Part shown: piece by piece, positions 7,638-17,940 of the stretch
How positions within the stretch are numbered: position 1 is the stretch's first letter
Layout: the number at the start of each line of letters is the position of its first letter
NCBI GenBank assembly: GCA_029983925.1
Contig: JASBYO010000002.1
Span: 5,937-69,936, forward strand
Reading direction: 5' to 3'
DNA length: 64,000 nucleotides
Source of the DNA: Flexilinea sp.
Lineage (GTDB): Bacteria; Chloroflexota; Anaerolineae; Anaerolineales; Anaerolineaceae
Translations under genes and position numbers: made by a program
Notes under the pieces: model-generated
What the model was told of the DNA's origin: nothing
The model's database searches: none
What the model saw: only the letters and a program-made list of their open reading frames with translations

Positions 7638-9086
7638 TCAAAGGATCGGAGCGCCCTCATAATAGCGCCCGGTTTGAGGCGTAATATCCCCTCTGATCGC
7701 GAACAGTTTCGCATCGGCAAAACGGAAGACGAGACTGAAACCGGCATTCTCAAGAGAAGTCAGCGGACGCTTCCATTGAATACGCAGATATCCGTCTTCG
7801 GATGACGTAATCGCGCAATCTTCATATCCGAATCCTTCATAGGGCTCCGTCTTCCAATTTGGGCAGACGGCAGCGGTCAATTTACCGCCGCTCGCAATAT
7901 CCGCCAAAACTTCCACCGCGTCGCCATAGGCATTGAAAGTCTGCGTCGGCAGAACAGCCTCTTGTTTTTTATCCCGCGGCTCATACCAAGCGAAACGGTC
8001 TTTCGGCAGGAATGCCCGGCCAAATGACGTCTCACGGAAATTCGTATGATATCCGTTGCCTCCCATGTAATAGATCGCCAGACGGTCCCCTTCATCCAGC
8101 GGCGGAGCCGCGAAGACGCATCCGCAATCGAAAGCGCCGGTCGGATAGGTGCCCGCCCCCCGCGGGATCAGATACTGACCCGGAGCAATCCGGTCAAATC
8201 GGGCGCTCGTCGTTCCCAAAGTGAGTTCAAGATCGACGGTATCAAAATTCGAAGCGGAGCGGTCTCCTTCGTGGAACATGGAGGCCAACCCCAAATAGAT
8301 TCCATCATACCAAAAGACCGGCATGGAATAGACCTGCGATTCGAAGCCGCTGCCGCGGATAATCTCATGAGGAGCGCTCCAATTAATAAAGTCCGAACTG
8401 GAACAGACAGCAGAAACGCGCACGCCGTCTTTCCAAATACGCGTGATCACTTTAAACAAACCGTCTTGTTTATCCCGAAAAGGGAAATTATGGCAGTCCG
8501 CAGGCGGGTTCCAGCGCGGCCATTTGATCATTGCTCCCCAATGGATACCGTCTTCGGAGAAATTGACGGCCATATATTTTTTCCCGCCCGGGTATTCAAC
8601 TTTCGTCACCATTTTATAGCGTTTACGCGGATCGATCTCGGCTTCGTCAAGAAAAACGCCGGTACCGTGAGCATAGCGGAACAGCATATTATTATTCCGT
8701 TTTCCTTCAAACGCTACGATTCCGAGGTCAGGTTTGACCCAGCGTATGCCGTCGTCGCTCTCGGCATACGCTAAAGATGCGATCCGAGTAGGCATGGGAC
8801 GATAATCCCTCGCTGCGCGCTCCTCTTTAGAGGCAATTGCCGAGTCGTCATCTTTCGAGCAGAGCGTGTAATAACAGCGGTATTTTTTATATTTCGGATC
8901 GTAGATTACGTTCGGATAAGAATTGTCGTAACGAATCTCCCATTTTCGCGGGGGATCGCTGAAAAAATCCTCATGGAACAGCGGATTGTTGATTATATCC
9001 TTTTCCGCCTGCGCTAAAACGAGACGGATATTATCCATTCCCTGCGGTTGTAAATAACTTCGATTGAGTAATAAATATTTGCCCAT
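7638..9086 (-). CDS. Predicted beta-propeller glycoside hydrolase (GH32/43/68/130-like fold; family not assignable by eye), cytoplasmic
   Basis: The N-terminal pattern PRKWEIRYDNSYPNVIYDPKYKKYRCYYT and repeated W/aromatic-Gly blades are typical of uncharacterised propeller hydrolases. Start set at MGKYLL (AGGTGA RBS). The ORF extends to a TTG at 9125. Confidence 0.6.
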   Translation of the reverse strand: MGKYLLLNRSYLQPQGMDNIRLVLAQAEKDIINNPLFHEDFFSDPPRKWEIRYDNSYPNVIYDPKYKKYRCYYTLCSKDDDSAIASKEERAARDYRPMPTRIASLAYAESDDGIRWVKPDLGIVAFEGKRNNNMLFRYAHGTGVFLDEAEIDPRKRYKMVTKVEYPGGKKYMAVNFSEDGIHWGAMIKWPRWNPPADCHNFPFRDKQDGLFKVITRIWKDGVRVSAVCSSSDFINWSAPHEIIRGSGFESQVYSMPVFWYDGIYLGLASMFHEGDRSASNFDTVDLELTLGTTSARFDRIAPGQYLIPRGAGTYPTGAFDCGCVFAAPPLDEGDRLAIYYMGGNGYHTNFRETSFGRAFLPKDRFAWYEPRDKKQEAVLPTQTFNAYGDAVEVLADIASGGKLTAAVCPNWKTEPYEGFGYEDCAITSSEDGYLRIQWKRPLTSLENAGFSLVFRFADAKLFAIRGDITPQTGRYYEGAPIL

Positions 9087-9171
9087 GCCGTCACCTGCTG
9101 TATGAGAAATAAATATAAAATGCAAACAGAAGGCGGAAATGACCGTTCCCGCCTTCTCCGCAATAAAAATC

Positions 9172-10080
9172 TTACAAATATTTTAATTCAAGTTCTTTGA
9201 TACGCCTTGCGGCTTCTTCCACAATCGGCAAATCTTCCGGAACCAGATTCATCAGCGGAGCGCGCACGCCGCCGACATCAAGTTTATCATTGACGCGCAG
9301 AATACCTTTTAATACCGCGTACAGATTGCCCTGCGCGGAACACATCAACACGATCAAAGCTCGGCAGCTATCCTGGATCTGTCGCGCTTCCCGAATTTTC
9401 TGTTCCTGAACCAGACGGAATATCTTCAGATAAAGCTCCGGCATCACGCCATACGTTCCGCCGATACCTCCTGCGGCCCCGGCAGCTAAACCGGACAGCA
9501 GCTGCTCATCCGGCCCATTGAATACGACCACGCCTTCGTCGCGCCATTCATCGATATCCAATACCGGCATGGATGAATTTTTGACCCCGATAACATTCGG
9601 ATTTTGCAGCATGGTCCTGAGCAAAGAACGGCTCAGCGATACGCCGGCCAGCTGCGGAATGTTATAAATAATAAAATCCGTATTTGGAGCGGCGGCTGAG
9701 ATATCGTTCCAATATTTTGCGATCGCGCGATCCGGGAGTTTGAAATAGATCGGCGGAATCGCCGCGACAGCGTCCACGCCAAGACTCTCCGCATGCGCGG
9801 CCAACTCCATGCTGTCTGCGGTGTTGTTGCAGGCGACATGAGCGATGATAACAATGCGGCCGGCCGCCTGGGAAACCACATTCTCCAACACCAGCTTGCG
9901 TTCAGCGACAGAATGATAGATGCATTCGCCCGATGATCCGCCGACATACAATCCGGCGACGCCTTTTTGTATAAAATGTTCGGTCAGAGCTTTTACGCGT
10001 TCAGGGGAAATGTTTCCATGTTCGTCATAGCAAGCATAAAACGCAGGGAAAATTCCCTGATACTTGGTCAGGTCTTTCAT
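9172..10080 (-). CDS. DHDPS/N-acetylneuraminate-lyase family class I aldolase (NanA-like)
   Basis: GIFPAFYACYDEHGNIS..., GLYVGGSSGE and a Schiff-base Lys context (IGVKNSS), as in NAL/DapA-family enzymes. Start at MKDLTKYQG with an AAGGAG RBS. Confidence 0.75.
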   Translation of the reverse strand: MKDLTKYQGIFPAFYACYDEHGNISPERVKALTEHFIQKGVAGLYVGGSSGECIYHSVAERKLVLENVVSQAAGRIVIIAHVACNNTADSMELAAHAESLGVDAVAAIPPIYFKLPDRAIAKYWNDISAAAPNTDFIIYNIPQLAGVSLSRSLLRTMLQNPNVIGVKNSSMPVLDIDEWRDEGVVVFNGPDEQLLSGLAAGAAGGIGGTYGVMPELYLKIFRLVQEQKIREARQIQDSCRALIVLMCSAQGNLYAVLKGILRVNDKLDVGGVRAPLMNLVPEDLPIVEEAARRIKELELKYL

Positions 10081-10290
10081 AAAGGCTACTCTCCTTAGGC
10101 TATTCGTTTCTCCCAATTTCTCAGTATTTTAACAAGAATAAGTCATTTATGCAAGCGCTTCAGCCGTTAATGACCAGCGTTCGGGGATCATTTTTCCGCA
10201 ATGTCACTATCGTTCAGAGACATGCGGATTCCATGGTAGAATTTTTTTCCTTTTCAATACTAACCGGGCGAAAGGAGTTTGCATACCCGT

Positions 10291-11103
10291 ATGAAATATA
10301 AATTGATCGCTTTTGATGTCGATGGAACGCTTTGGGATTATCATGACAACTGTATTCAGCCTTCCACGCTGCAGGCTATAAATGAATTAAAGGAAAAAGG
10401 CGTTTATATCGCCTTGGCGACCGCGCGAACATATGCCGAGTTGAACCGTCCCTGCCAACAAGATGTGCGGGCGGATTATGTCATCGGGGCCAGCGGCCAC
10501 AGCATACTGGACGCCGAAAACCGTTCGATCTATACAGAACGCTTCACGTTGGAACAAACGCAGCGGGTCCTCGACCTCGCCCGCGAGTACGACGCCGGGC
10601 TGATCCTGAAGTTCAATAACGTTAAATGTATTTACAATCACATGAACACAATGCGCAAAGTTTTCGGCAATATCGGCATCAGCGCTTGCCCGACGGTAGA
10701 ATGCGAAATGATGGACTATCATTTGAAAAAATTGCCGATCGGTTTCACGATTCATACAGAGCACGAAATCCGAGAGAAGATGATCAAGGAACTGTCGCTT
10801 TACCCGACGGATTATCGCGTTGAACCTTATCATAACGGAACGACCGCCGATATTTTCCTTCCGAGCGTCAACAAACTTTTCGCCTTGCAGCATCTTTGCG
10901 TACGATTGGGGATTGACGCCGAAAATATCATGACTTTCGGAGACAGCGCAAACGACATCGCCATGACAAAATGGGCTGGATTTGGCGTCGCGATGGGCAA
11001 TGGTAACGACGAGTTGAAGGAGGTCGCCGATTATGTCTGCGAGACCGGATGGGAAGACGGGATCGCGAAAACGATCCGGAAATTTGCGATGAATTCAAAT
11101 TAA
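10291..11103 (+). CDS. Cof-type HAD-IIB phosphatase
   Basis: MKYKLIAFDVDGTL (motif I), ATAR (motif II) and FGDSANDIAM (motif IV). The ATG at 10291 is preferred over the TTG at 10279. Confidence 0.85.
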   Translation: MKYKLIAFDVDGTLWDYHDNCIQPSTLQAINELKEKGVYIALATARTYAELNRPCQQDVRADYVIGASGHSILDAENRSIYTERFTLEQTQRVLDLAREYDAGLILKFNNVKCIYNHMNTMRKVFGNIGISACPTVECEMMDYHLKKLPIGFTIHTEHEIREKMIKELSLYPTDYRVEPYHNGTTADIFLPSVNKLFALQHLCVRLGIDAENIMTFGDSANDIAMTKWAGFGVAMGNGNDELKEVADYVCETGWEDGIAKTIRKFAMNSN

Positions 11104-11133
11104 TACAAGTTAAAAAACAGGATACACTTCCCC

Positions 11134-11162
11134 TTGACAATATATATATACATATATATAAT
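11134..11162 (+). promoter_or_regulatory. Consensus sigma-70 promoter of the ABC importer operon
   Basis: TTGACA (11134-11139), 17-nt spacer made almost entirely of TA repeats, TATAAT (11157-11162). Confidence 0.6.
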
Positions 11163-11227
11163 CAGTTTTACTCGAATCTCTTCGGGAAACCGGCGTTTTT
11201 AAACCATATATCTCTGGAGGAACCTGT

Positions 11228-12808
11228 ATGAAGAAATTTATCGTCCTGTTTGTCATTTTCGCAATTTCGATGGCAAGCATCCTGCCTGCCTTTGCCGCAG
11301 ATAACGAGAAAGCTTTTCAACTGATCAGCGCGGGCAATGATAGCCTCGGGGATAAAATCGAATATCCCTGGATGAATATGTATATGCTCGGCGGTCTGAT
11401 GTGGCGAACGCTGTTCTTCGTAGAAACCGATATGGTCACGATCGGTCCCGACCTGGCAAGCAGCTATACAATTTCCGACGATGGTCTGACCTATACCATC
11501 GATTTCGTCGGCGGCAAGTGGTCCGACGGCGAAGATATCACACTTGATGATGTCGTCTTCTCAATTAAGGCCAACTTGAAAGCGGCCGCCTCCAACTCTA
11601 TCTATACCAGCGCTTTCACTAAGATCGAGGGCGCTGAAGCTTGGCGGGACGGCACGGCTGAAGATCTCCCCGGTTTGATCGTTGACGGCAATCAGCTGAC
11701 GATTAAGCTGACCAGCCCGCACAACATCCTGCCGAACGTTCTCTGCCAGTTCACCATCCTTCCGGAGCACATTCTTAAAGATGCGGATCTGCTGGAAATC
11801 GCCAACAACGATTTCTGGTCTCGCCCGATAACCAGCGGCATGTACAAACTGGATGAATTTGTCGCCGGTTCTTATTACACCCTGGTCCCCAACGAATATT
11901 ATGACGGTCCGCGGCCGAAAATCGAAAAGGTCACCGTCAACTTCGTCGCAGATGTCGTGACGGCGGCGCAGGCCGGTCTGGTCGACATGACCAACACCAA
12001 CAACCAGTCTGTGATTGCCGAACTGAATAAGCTCCCCGGCATGACCATGTTCCCGGTCGATATTCTGTTCTATCGCTATTTTCTGGCCAATATCGAAGGT
12101 GTCGACGGCAATACGAACCCGGTAATGGCTGATATCCGCGTCCGTAAGGCAATCCTGCACGCGATCGACCGCGAAACCCTTGCGGAATCCCTGTTCCCGG
12201 GTCTCGCTTATATCTCCAACAGCGGCGTAGCCGGCGACAACCCGGCTTCCATCGGCACGGAATATGCCTATGATCCGGATCTCGCGCGTCAGCTCCTGGT
12301 CGACGCCGGTTGGGATTTCGACTATGTGCTGCGTATTCTGCTGTATTACAAGGATCAAACGTCTTTGGACTTCATGGACGCGATCGTCTATTACCTTGGC
12401 GAAATCGGCATGAAAGCTGAATATACGGTAACGTCAAACGGCACGCAGGATCTGTTCCAGACCCGCAATCATGATATCGGTTACAAAGGCCTGTCCGCGT
12501 TCGATATCAGCGAATGGTACGGCGAATACAACTCAGCCAACGCGAACTTCCGTATGGTCTTCGGCGGCGACACGGCCTTTGACGAATATATCAACGAATA
12601 TGCGTCCGCGACAAACCAGGAGGATAAGGACGCCGCGCTTACGAAACTGCAGGAAGTTGAAGCCGAAAAGGTTTACAAACTCCCGCTTTACACCATCGGC
12701 AACAACGTTTTCATCAATACCGACCGCGTTCAGCTGCCCGAAGGCATTACCTTCGGCAACCCGTGGTACAAGACCAATGTCCACTTTGAGGATTGGGAAC
12801 TGAAATAA
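11228..12808 (+). CDS. ABC transporter substrate-binding protein, family 5 (Opp/Dpp/Nik type)
   Basis: Signal peptide (FVIFAISMASILPAFAADN). Family-5 SBP size and overall sequence pattern. First gene of a five-gene importer operon. Confidence 0.9.
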   Translation: MKKFIVLFVIFAISMASILPAFAADNEKAFQLISAGNDSLGDKIEYPWMNMYMLGGLMWRTLFFVETDMVTIGPDLASSYTISDDGLTYTIDFVGGKWSDGEDITLDDVVFSIKANLKAAASNSIYTSAFTKIEGAEAWRDGTAEDLPGLIVDGNQLTIKLTSPHNILPNVLCQFTILPEHILKDADLLEIANNDFWSRPITSGMYKLDEFVAGSYYTLVPNEYYDGPRPKIEKVTVNFVADVVTAAQAGLVDMTNTNNQSVIAELNKLPGMTMFPVDILFYRYFLANIEGVDGNTNPVMADIRVRKAILHAIDRETLAESLFPGLAYISNSGVAGDNPASIGTEYAYDPDLARQLLVDAGWDFDYVLRILLYYKDQTSLDFMDAIVYYLGEIGMKAEYTVTSNGTQDLFQTRNHDIGYKGLSAFDISEWYGEYNSANANFRMVFGGDTAFDEYINEYASATNQEDKDAALTKLQEVEAEKVYKLPLYTIGNNVFINTDRVQLPEGITFGNPWYKTNVHFEDWELK

Positions 12809-12828
12809 AGCAACGAGGTTTGATATGA

Positions 12829-12870
12829 GAATGAAGGGGATGCGCGATGTTCTGCATATCCCCTTCATTC
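12829..12870 (+). terminator. Intercistronic hairpin after the SBP gene (partial terminator or mRNA stabiliser)
   Basis: Perfect 13-bp stem GAATGAAGGGGAT / ATCCCCTTCATTC with a 16-nt loop, followed by an A/T-rich tract. Confidence 0.5.
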
Positions 12871-12901
12871 TTAATAAATAAAAGAAAGGAGCGGTAATCC
12901 A

Positions 12902-13849
12902 TTGCTGAAATTTATTCTCAAAAAACTCATCCAGATGATCCCGATGCTTTTGTTTATCAGCTTCCTGGTCTTCGGCGCGCTGCAGCTGACCGGTATCGAT
13001 CCCGTCAGCTATATCGCAACGCCCGACATGGCGGCAAATCAAGAGAATCTGGACCTGCTGCGTGAACGGCTGGGGCTGAATCAGCCTTTTTTGATCCGCT
13101 ATTTCAATTGGGTCGGCGATATCCTGCGCGGAAATTTTGGCTACAGCATTACGAACGGGACGCCCATCGGCGTATTGATCGCTCAGCGCCTTCCGGCGAC
13201 AATCGAATTGGCATTGATCTCCATGGTCGTATCGGCGGTTCTTGGCATCTCGATCGGGATCGTCTCGGCAATCTATCAGAACAGCCCGATCGATTACCTT
13301 GGCCGCTTTTTTGCTGTCCTCGGGCAGGCGATCCCGCAGTTCTTTTTCGGGATATGCCTGATCCAGATATTTTCGATCAAGCTTGGGTGGCTTCCGTCCA
13401 GCGGCCGATATTCAACCTATGCGACGCCGCTCCGGCATTTTATCCTGCCGTGTCTGACCCTGACGCTGTCGCTGACTTCGGTTCTGATGCGCTACTCCCG
13501 CAACAACATGCTCGGCGTTCTGAACAGCGACTATATCAAGACCGCCCGCATGAAGGGCATCTCCGAAACCAAGGTCTACGTCAAGCACGCCTTCCGCAAC
13601 GCCATGCGGCCGGTGCTGGTGATCCTTTGTTTCCGTCTGCCGATGCTGATCAGCGGTTCGGTCGTTATCGAGTCCGTGTATAACTGGCCGGGTATCGGTT
13701 CCGTCATTACGGACGCCGTCATCGCCGGAGATTATCCGGTTGTTATGGTGACGACGCTGATGGTAGCGGCTTCCATTCTGATCGCGAGCTTCCTGGTAGA
13801 TGTCCTGACGGCGCTGTTGGATCCCCGCGTTCGCCTGGGCGAAGAATAA
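12902..13849 (+). CDS. ABC transporter permease (OppB/DppB type)
   Basis: TTG start giving MLKFILKKLIQMIPMLLF, the typical DppB N-terminus. Multiple TM segments. Confidence 0.9.
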   Translation: MLKFILKKLIQMIPMLLFISFLVFGALQLTGIDPVSYIATPDMAANQENLDLLRERLGLNQPFLIRYFNWVGDILRGNFGYSITNGTPIGVLIAQRLPATIELALISMVVSAVLGISIGIVSAIYQNSPIDYLGRFFAVLGQAIPQFFFGICLIQIFSIKLGWLPSSGRYSTYATPLRHFILPCLTLTLSLTSVLMRYSRNNMLGVLNSDYIKTARMKGISETKVYVKHAFRNAMRPVLVILCFRLPMLISGSVVIESVYNWPGIGSVITDAVIAGDYPVVMVTTLMVAASILIASFLVDVLTALLDPRVRLGEE

Positions 13850-13867
13850 GAAAAGGAGGTAAGACAG

Positions 13868-14734
13868 ATGGAACTGAACAAATCTCATGCGTCGAACATG
13901 TTCCAGAAAAATGTTCGGAAGTTCCTGCGCAACAAGTTGGCGATGATCGGCATGGTCGTGATGCTTATCATTCTGCTGATGTGCGTGTTCGCGCCGGTCT
14001 TTACTTCCTATCGCGCGGACCAGCCGGATTTTTCGGCGAGGACACAGCCGCCTAATCTCCCGCATATCTTAGGCACGGATAAACTTGGGAGAGACGTGTT
14101 TTCGCGCATCCTCTACGGCGGACGTTACTCGATCCTGATCGGCGTGACCGGAGCATTCTTCGGTTCGCTGATCGGCGTGATCCTCGGAGCGATCGCCGGA
14201 TATTTCGGGAAGCTGATTGATTCCGCGATCGTACGCCTCTCCGAGATATTCCAGACCGTTCCGAATATGATCCTGATTTTGATTTTGGGAGCGGTATTCG
14301 GAAGAAGCATCGGGAACTTGCTGTTCATCTTCGCGATAACAGGCTGGATGACGACCTTCCGCATCGTTCGCAACGAATTCATCGCGCTGAAAGGAGAGAC
14401 CTACGTGCAGGTCTGCGAAGCCTTCGGCATGTCGAAGATCGATATCATGTTCAAGCAGATCCTGCCGAACGTCATGTCTCCGGTCATCGTGGCGACAACG
14501 GTCAACGTGGCGCATTTCATCCTGTCTGAAGCCGGATTGAGCTTTATCGGCGTCGGCGTTCCTTCAGCTACGCCGACCTGGGGCAACATTCTGAATGCGG
14601 CGAAATCCCTGGACGTAATCTCGAATTACTGGTGGCTGTGGGTCGTTCCCGGCGTAGTCATCACTGTATTTGTGTTGGCCGTCAACTTCTTCGGCGACGG
14701 GCTGCGCGATGTGCTTGACCCGAAACAGCAGTAA
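13868..14734 (+). CDS. ABC transporter permease (OppC/DppC type)
   Basis: N-terminal KLAMIGMVVMLIILL, then HILGTDKLGRDVFSRILYG, typical of DppC-type permeases. Confidence 0.9.
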   Translation: MELNKSHASNMFQKNVRKFLRNKLAMIGMVVMLIILLMCVFAPVFTSYRADQPDFSARTQPPNLPHILGTDKLGRDVFSRILYGGRYSILIGVTGAFFGSLIGVILGAIAGYFGKLIDSAIVRLSEIFQTVPNMILILILGAVFGRSIGNLLFIFAITGWMTTFRIVRNEFIALKGETYVQVCEAFGMSKIDIMFKQILPNVMSPVIVATTVNVAHFILSEAGLSFIGVGVPSATPTWGNILNAAKSLDVISNYWWLWVVPGVVITVFVLAVNFFGDGLRDVLDPKQQ

Positions 14735-14747
14735 GGAGGCAGGATTG

Positions 14748-15779
14748 ATGGAACAAAAAGATATCGTATTGGATGTCCGGAAGCTGAACACCAGTTTTAT
14801 TTCAGACGGGGCAACCGTTCACATCGTCAAGGACGTTTCTTTCCAGCTGGAGCGGGGCAAAACGCTGGCGATCGTGGGCGAATCCGGCTGCGGAAAGAGC
14901 GTAACGGTCCATTCGATCGTCAAGCTGCTTCCGCAAAACGCCCGTTTCACTGCGGAGCAGGTGCTGTACCGCCGGCTGGATGAAAAAACGGGCGGCATTA
15001 CAGAATTCGACCTCGCGAAAATGGATCCGAAAGGGAAAGAGATGCGCTCGATGCGCGGAGCTGACCTTGGGATGGTTTTCCAGGATCCGATGTCCTCTCT
15101 GAACCCGGTGTATAGAGTCGGCGACCAGGTAGCCGAAGCGCTCATGGAACACAATAGAGGGATGAAAAAATCGGAGGCCCGGGAGAAGGTCCTCCAGATG
15201 TTCCGCAATCTGGGCATCCCCGATCCCGAAAGGCGGATCATGGATTATCCGCATCAATTTTCCGGCGGGATGAAGCAGCGCGTCGTGATCGCTATCGCGA
15301 TGATTAATAACCCTGAGATCATCATTGCCGACGAACCGACGACAGCGCTCGACGTAACAATCCAAGCGCAGATCATGGAACTCATGAAGGAGCTGCAGCT
15401 GAATATGGGCAAATCCATTATCCTGATTACCCATAATATCGGGCTGGTAGCGGAACAGGCGGAGGATGTTTGCGTGATGTACATGGGACGCATCGTGGAA
15501 TTCGGCTCGCTGGAGCAAATCTTCGAAAACCCTTTGCATCCCTATACCAAAGCGCTGCTGCGCAGCGTGCCTGTACTCGGGCTCGCAGATGACCAGAAAC
15601 TGGAAACGATTCCCGGAGCGACGCCGAACCCAGCCAGCCTGGGCGTCGGCTGCGAATTTGCCGACCGCTGCCCGGAACGCAGCGAAGCTTGCAGCGCGAA
15701 GAACGTTCCCGCTTATGAAGTTGAGCCGAGGCACCGGGTACGCTGTATAAAGTTCAGCCAGTTTAAGGAGGTGGATTAA
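14748..15779 (+). CDS. ABC transporter ATP-binding protein (OppD/DppD type)
   Basis: Walker A GESGCGKS, signature FSGGMKQR, Walker B IIIADEPTTALD, C-terminal oligopeptide-type extension. The ATG at 14748 follows an AAGGAGG RBS. Confidence 0.9.
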   Translation: MEQKDIVLDVRKLNTSFISDGATVHIVKDVSFQLERGKTLAIVGESGCGKSVTVHSIVKLLPQNARFTAEQVLYRRLDEKTGGITEFDLAKMDPKGKEMRSMRGADLGMVFQDPMSSLNPVYRVGDQVAEALMEHNRGMKKSEAREKVLQMFRNLGIPDPERRIMDYPHQFSGGMKQRVVIAIAMINNPEIIIADEPTTALDVTIQAQIMELMKELQLNMGKSIILITHNIGLVAEQAEDVCVMYMGRIVEFGSLEQIFENPLHPYTKALLRSVPVLGLADDQKLETIPGATPNPASLGVGCEFADRCPERSEACSAKNVPAYEVEPRHRVRCIKFSQFKEVD

Positions 15780-15781
15780 CC

Positions 15782-16792
15782 ATGCCGAATGAAAAAGAAT
15801 TGATCTTTAGCGTTCAGGGGCTGCGAAAGTGGTTCCCGATCCAAAAAGGCATGTTCAAACGTACCGTCGGACATGTTAAAGCTGTCGACGACGTGAGCCT
15901 GAACGTTTACAAGGGAGAAACCCTTGGGATCGTGGGCGAATCCGGCTGCGGTAAATCCACGCTCGGCAAAACCATGATGATGCTGCAAAGGCCGACCGGC
16001 GGGGCCGTCCTTTATAACTATGGGGACGGGAACTTCAAGGATATTACGAAATTTAACGGGAAGGAAATGCATGATTTCCGCAAGCAGGTGCAGATGGTCT
16101 TCCAGGATCCGTACTCCGCGCTGAATCCGCTGAAAAAGATCTATACTTCCTTTGAAGAACCGCTGAAGATCCATGGAATCAACGCCAAAGCGGAACGGGA
16201 AAAAATGATGGACGCCGTGCTGAAAATGGTCAACATCCAACCGGATTATTTGCTGCGCTACCCGCATGAATTTTCCGGCGGCCAGCGGCAGCGCCTCTGC
16301 ATCGCCCGCGCGCTGGAAATCAAACCGAGAGTGTTAATCTGTGACGAACCGGTCAGCGCGCTGGACGTTTCCATACAGGCGCAGGTACTGAACCTGATGA
16401 AGGAAATCCAGAAGGAACTGAACCTGACCTACCTGTTCATCGCGCACGACCTGTCTGTCGTTCAGTATATGAGCGACCGGATCGTCGTCATGTATCTCGG
16501 GAAAATTGTAGAGATCGCCGGGAAACGTTCGCTTTATAATAACCCGGCTCATCCGTATACCCAGGCGCTGCTCTCGGCAATCCCGGTGCCTGTGATTCGC
16601 AGGGAGAAGAAACGTCAGGTGCTGCGGGGGGAAGTTCCCAGCCCGATCAATAAACCGTCCGGCTGCGCGTTCCATACGCGCTGTCCGCACCGAACGGAAA
16701 TTTGCGAACGGGAAGAACCCCGGCTTATTCCGGATCAGACGGATCCGGAACACCTGTGCGCATGCCATCTTTACAATAAAACGGCGGCGTAA
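15782..16792 (+). CDS. ABC transporter ATP-binding protein (OppF/DppF type)
   Basis: Walker A GESGCGKST, signature FSGGQRQR, Walker B VLICDEPVSALD. Confidence 0.9.
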   Translation: MPNEKELIFSVQGLRKWFPIQKGMFKRTVGHVKAVDDVSLNVYKGETLGIVGESGCGKSTLGKTMMMLQRPTGGAVLYNYGDGNFKDITKFNGKEMHDFRKQVQMVFQDPYSALNPLKKIYTSFEEPLKIHGINAKAEREKMMDAVLKMVNIQPDYLLRYPHEFSGGQRQRLCIARALEIKPRVLICDEPVSALDVSIQAQVLNLMKEIQKELNLTYLFIAHDLSVVQYMSDRIVVMYLGKIVEIAGKRSLYNNPAHPYTQALLSAIPVPVIRREKKRQVLRGEVPSPINKPSGCAFHTRCPHRTEICEREEPRLIPDQTDPEHLCACHLYNKTAA

Positions 16793-16862
16793 ACGATAAA
16801 TTCGGAAATCGCGGCCATCGCGCATTTAGAGAATGATCGTTGCCCGCGACAATACGGGAATA

Positions 16863-16894
16863 GAATCGGAGAAACGGCGTCGTTTCTCCGATTC
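16863..16894 (+). terminator. Strong hairpin after the ABC operon
   Basis: Perfect 14-bp stem GAATCGGAGAAACG / CGTTTCTCCGATTC with loop GCGT. Poor U-tract. Confidence 0.5.
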
Positions 16895-16928
16895 TGCGTT
16901 CCGTCCGCCGGAATAACCGGAGAGGACC

Positions 16929-17663
16929 TTGGAGTTTACTCAATTCATTCAAGGATCGCGTCTTTTAATCGGCGGACGCCGCGGCCATTTATCGGCGACA
17001 AGAGAAAATACGATCGCTAATTTTAAAGAGCTCCTGTTTTTAGGGATCGAATACATCGAGATTGACGTTCAACTGAGCCGGGATGACGAAGCGGTCATTT
17101 TCCACGACAGCGAGCTATCGCATCAAACGTCGCTGAACGGACGGGTCCGCGATCATTCCGTATCGGAAATGAAAAACGCTTTCGACCTATGTACGCTGGA
17201 TGAGGCGCTCAGTTGGTGCAAGGGCAGCAAAATGTTTGCGCTCCTCGAAATAAAAAGCAGGGATTATGATGAAACCGAACGCTCCGTTTTGGCGCAAAAG
17301 ATAATCGCAGCGGTCGGCCGGAATCCATTTCAGGATCGTTGTATCCCGTTACGTATTGACAGCGCCATTCTAAGGCTGATCAAGAAATCAATCCCCGCTA
17401 TTCATCTCGCGTTGATCGTCCCCAAAAAACCGGCGGATTCGATCGGCTTGATGAAAACGATGCAGGCGTCGATATATCTAAGTTATTTGGAAGATTTGGA
17501 CAAGCGGCTGGTCGATCTCCTCCATGCGGCAGGATATGCGGTCGGCGGAAGCGTCGTCAATACGGAAGCAGGTCTCGATCTGGCAATATCTTTGGGCGTT
17601 GATATGATCGAAAGCGATTACCCCGCAGAGATGCTTGAACTGTTGCGAAAGAGAAATGTTTAA
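16929..17663 (+). CDS. Glycerophosphodiester phosphodiesterase family protein
   Basis: GGRRGH...ENT...IEIDVQLSRDDEAVIFHD is the GDPD catalytic pattern. TTG start. Confidence 0.75.
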   Translation: MEFTQFIQGSRLLIGGRRGHLSATRENTIANFKELLFLGIEYIEIDVQLSRDDEAVIFHDSELSHQTSLNGRVRDHSVSEMKNAFDLCTLDEALSWCKGSKMFALLEIKSRDYDETERSVLAQKIIAAVGRNPFQDRCIPLRIDSAILRLIKKSIPAIHLALIVPKKPADSIGLMKTMQASIYLSYLEDLDKRLVDLLHAAGYAVGGSVVNTEAGLDLAISLGVDMIESDYPAEMLELLRKRNV

Positions 17664-17940
17664 ATGCGCAAATATGACCGAAAACCGTCGGTCTTTCCGC
17701 GCTTTGAACAAGATTGGTCTCATCGCGAAAGGCGCGCAGGAAAATTGATCGGCCTGTTGAATGATTCGATCGCGTCCGGCGCTCAAAGACGCAGCCGCAA
17801 ACCGTAATTCCCGCGCAAGCCGCCATGCGTCCCGCATATTCAAAGGCGCGAAGAACCGACGCCGTACGCGGGACGATTTCAGCAAAAAAGACCGCGGCTC
17901 AGACAGATCGGCGAGAATCGTCTTCCAAACGGGACAACGT

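Noticed and set aside
17664-17940. Possible gene or pseudogene in the 277-nt spacer between the convergent GDPD and BNR genes (track ORFs 17478-17981, 17557-17826, 17761-18420)
   Set aside because: All candidate frames overlap real genes and translate to Arg-rich nonsense. I could not recognise any protein remnant.
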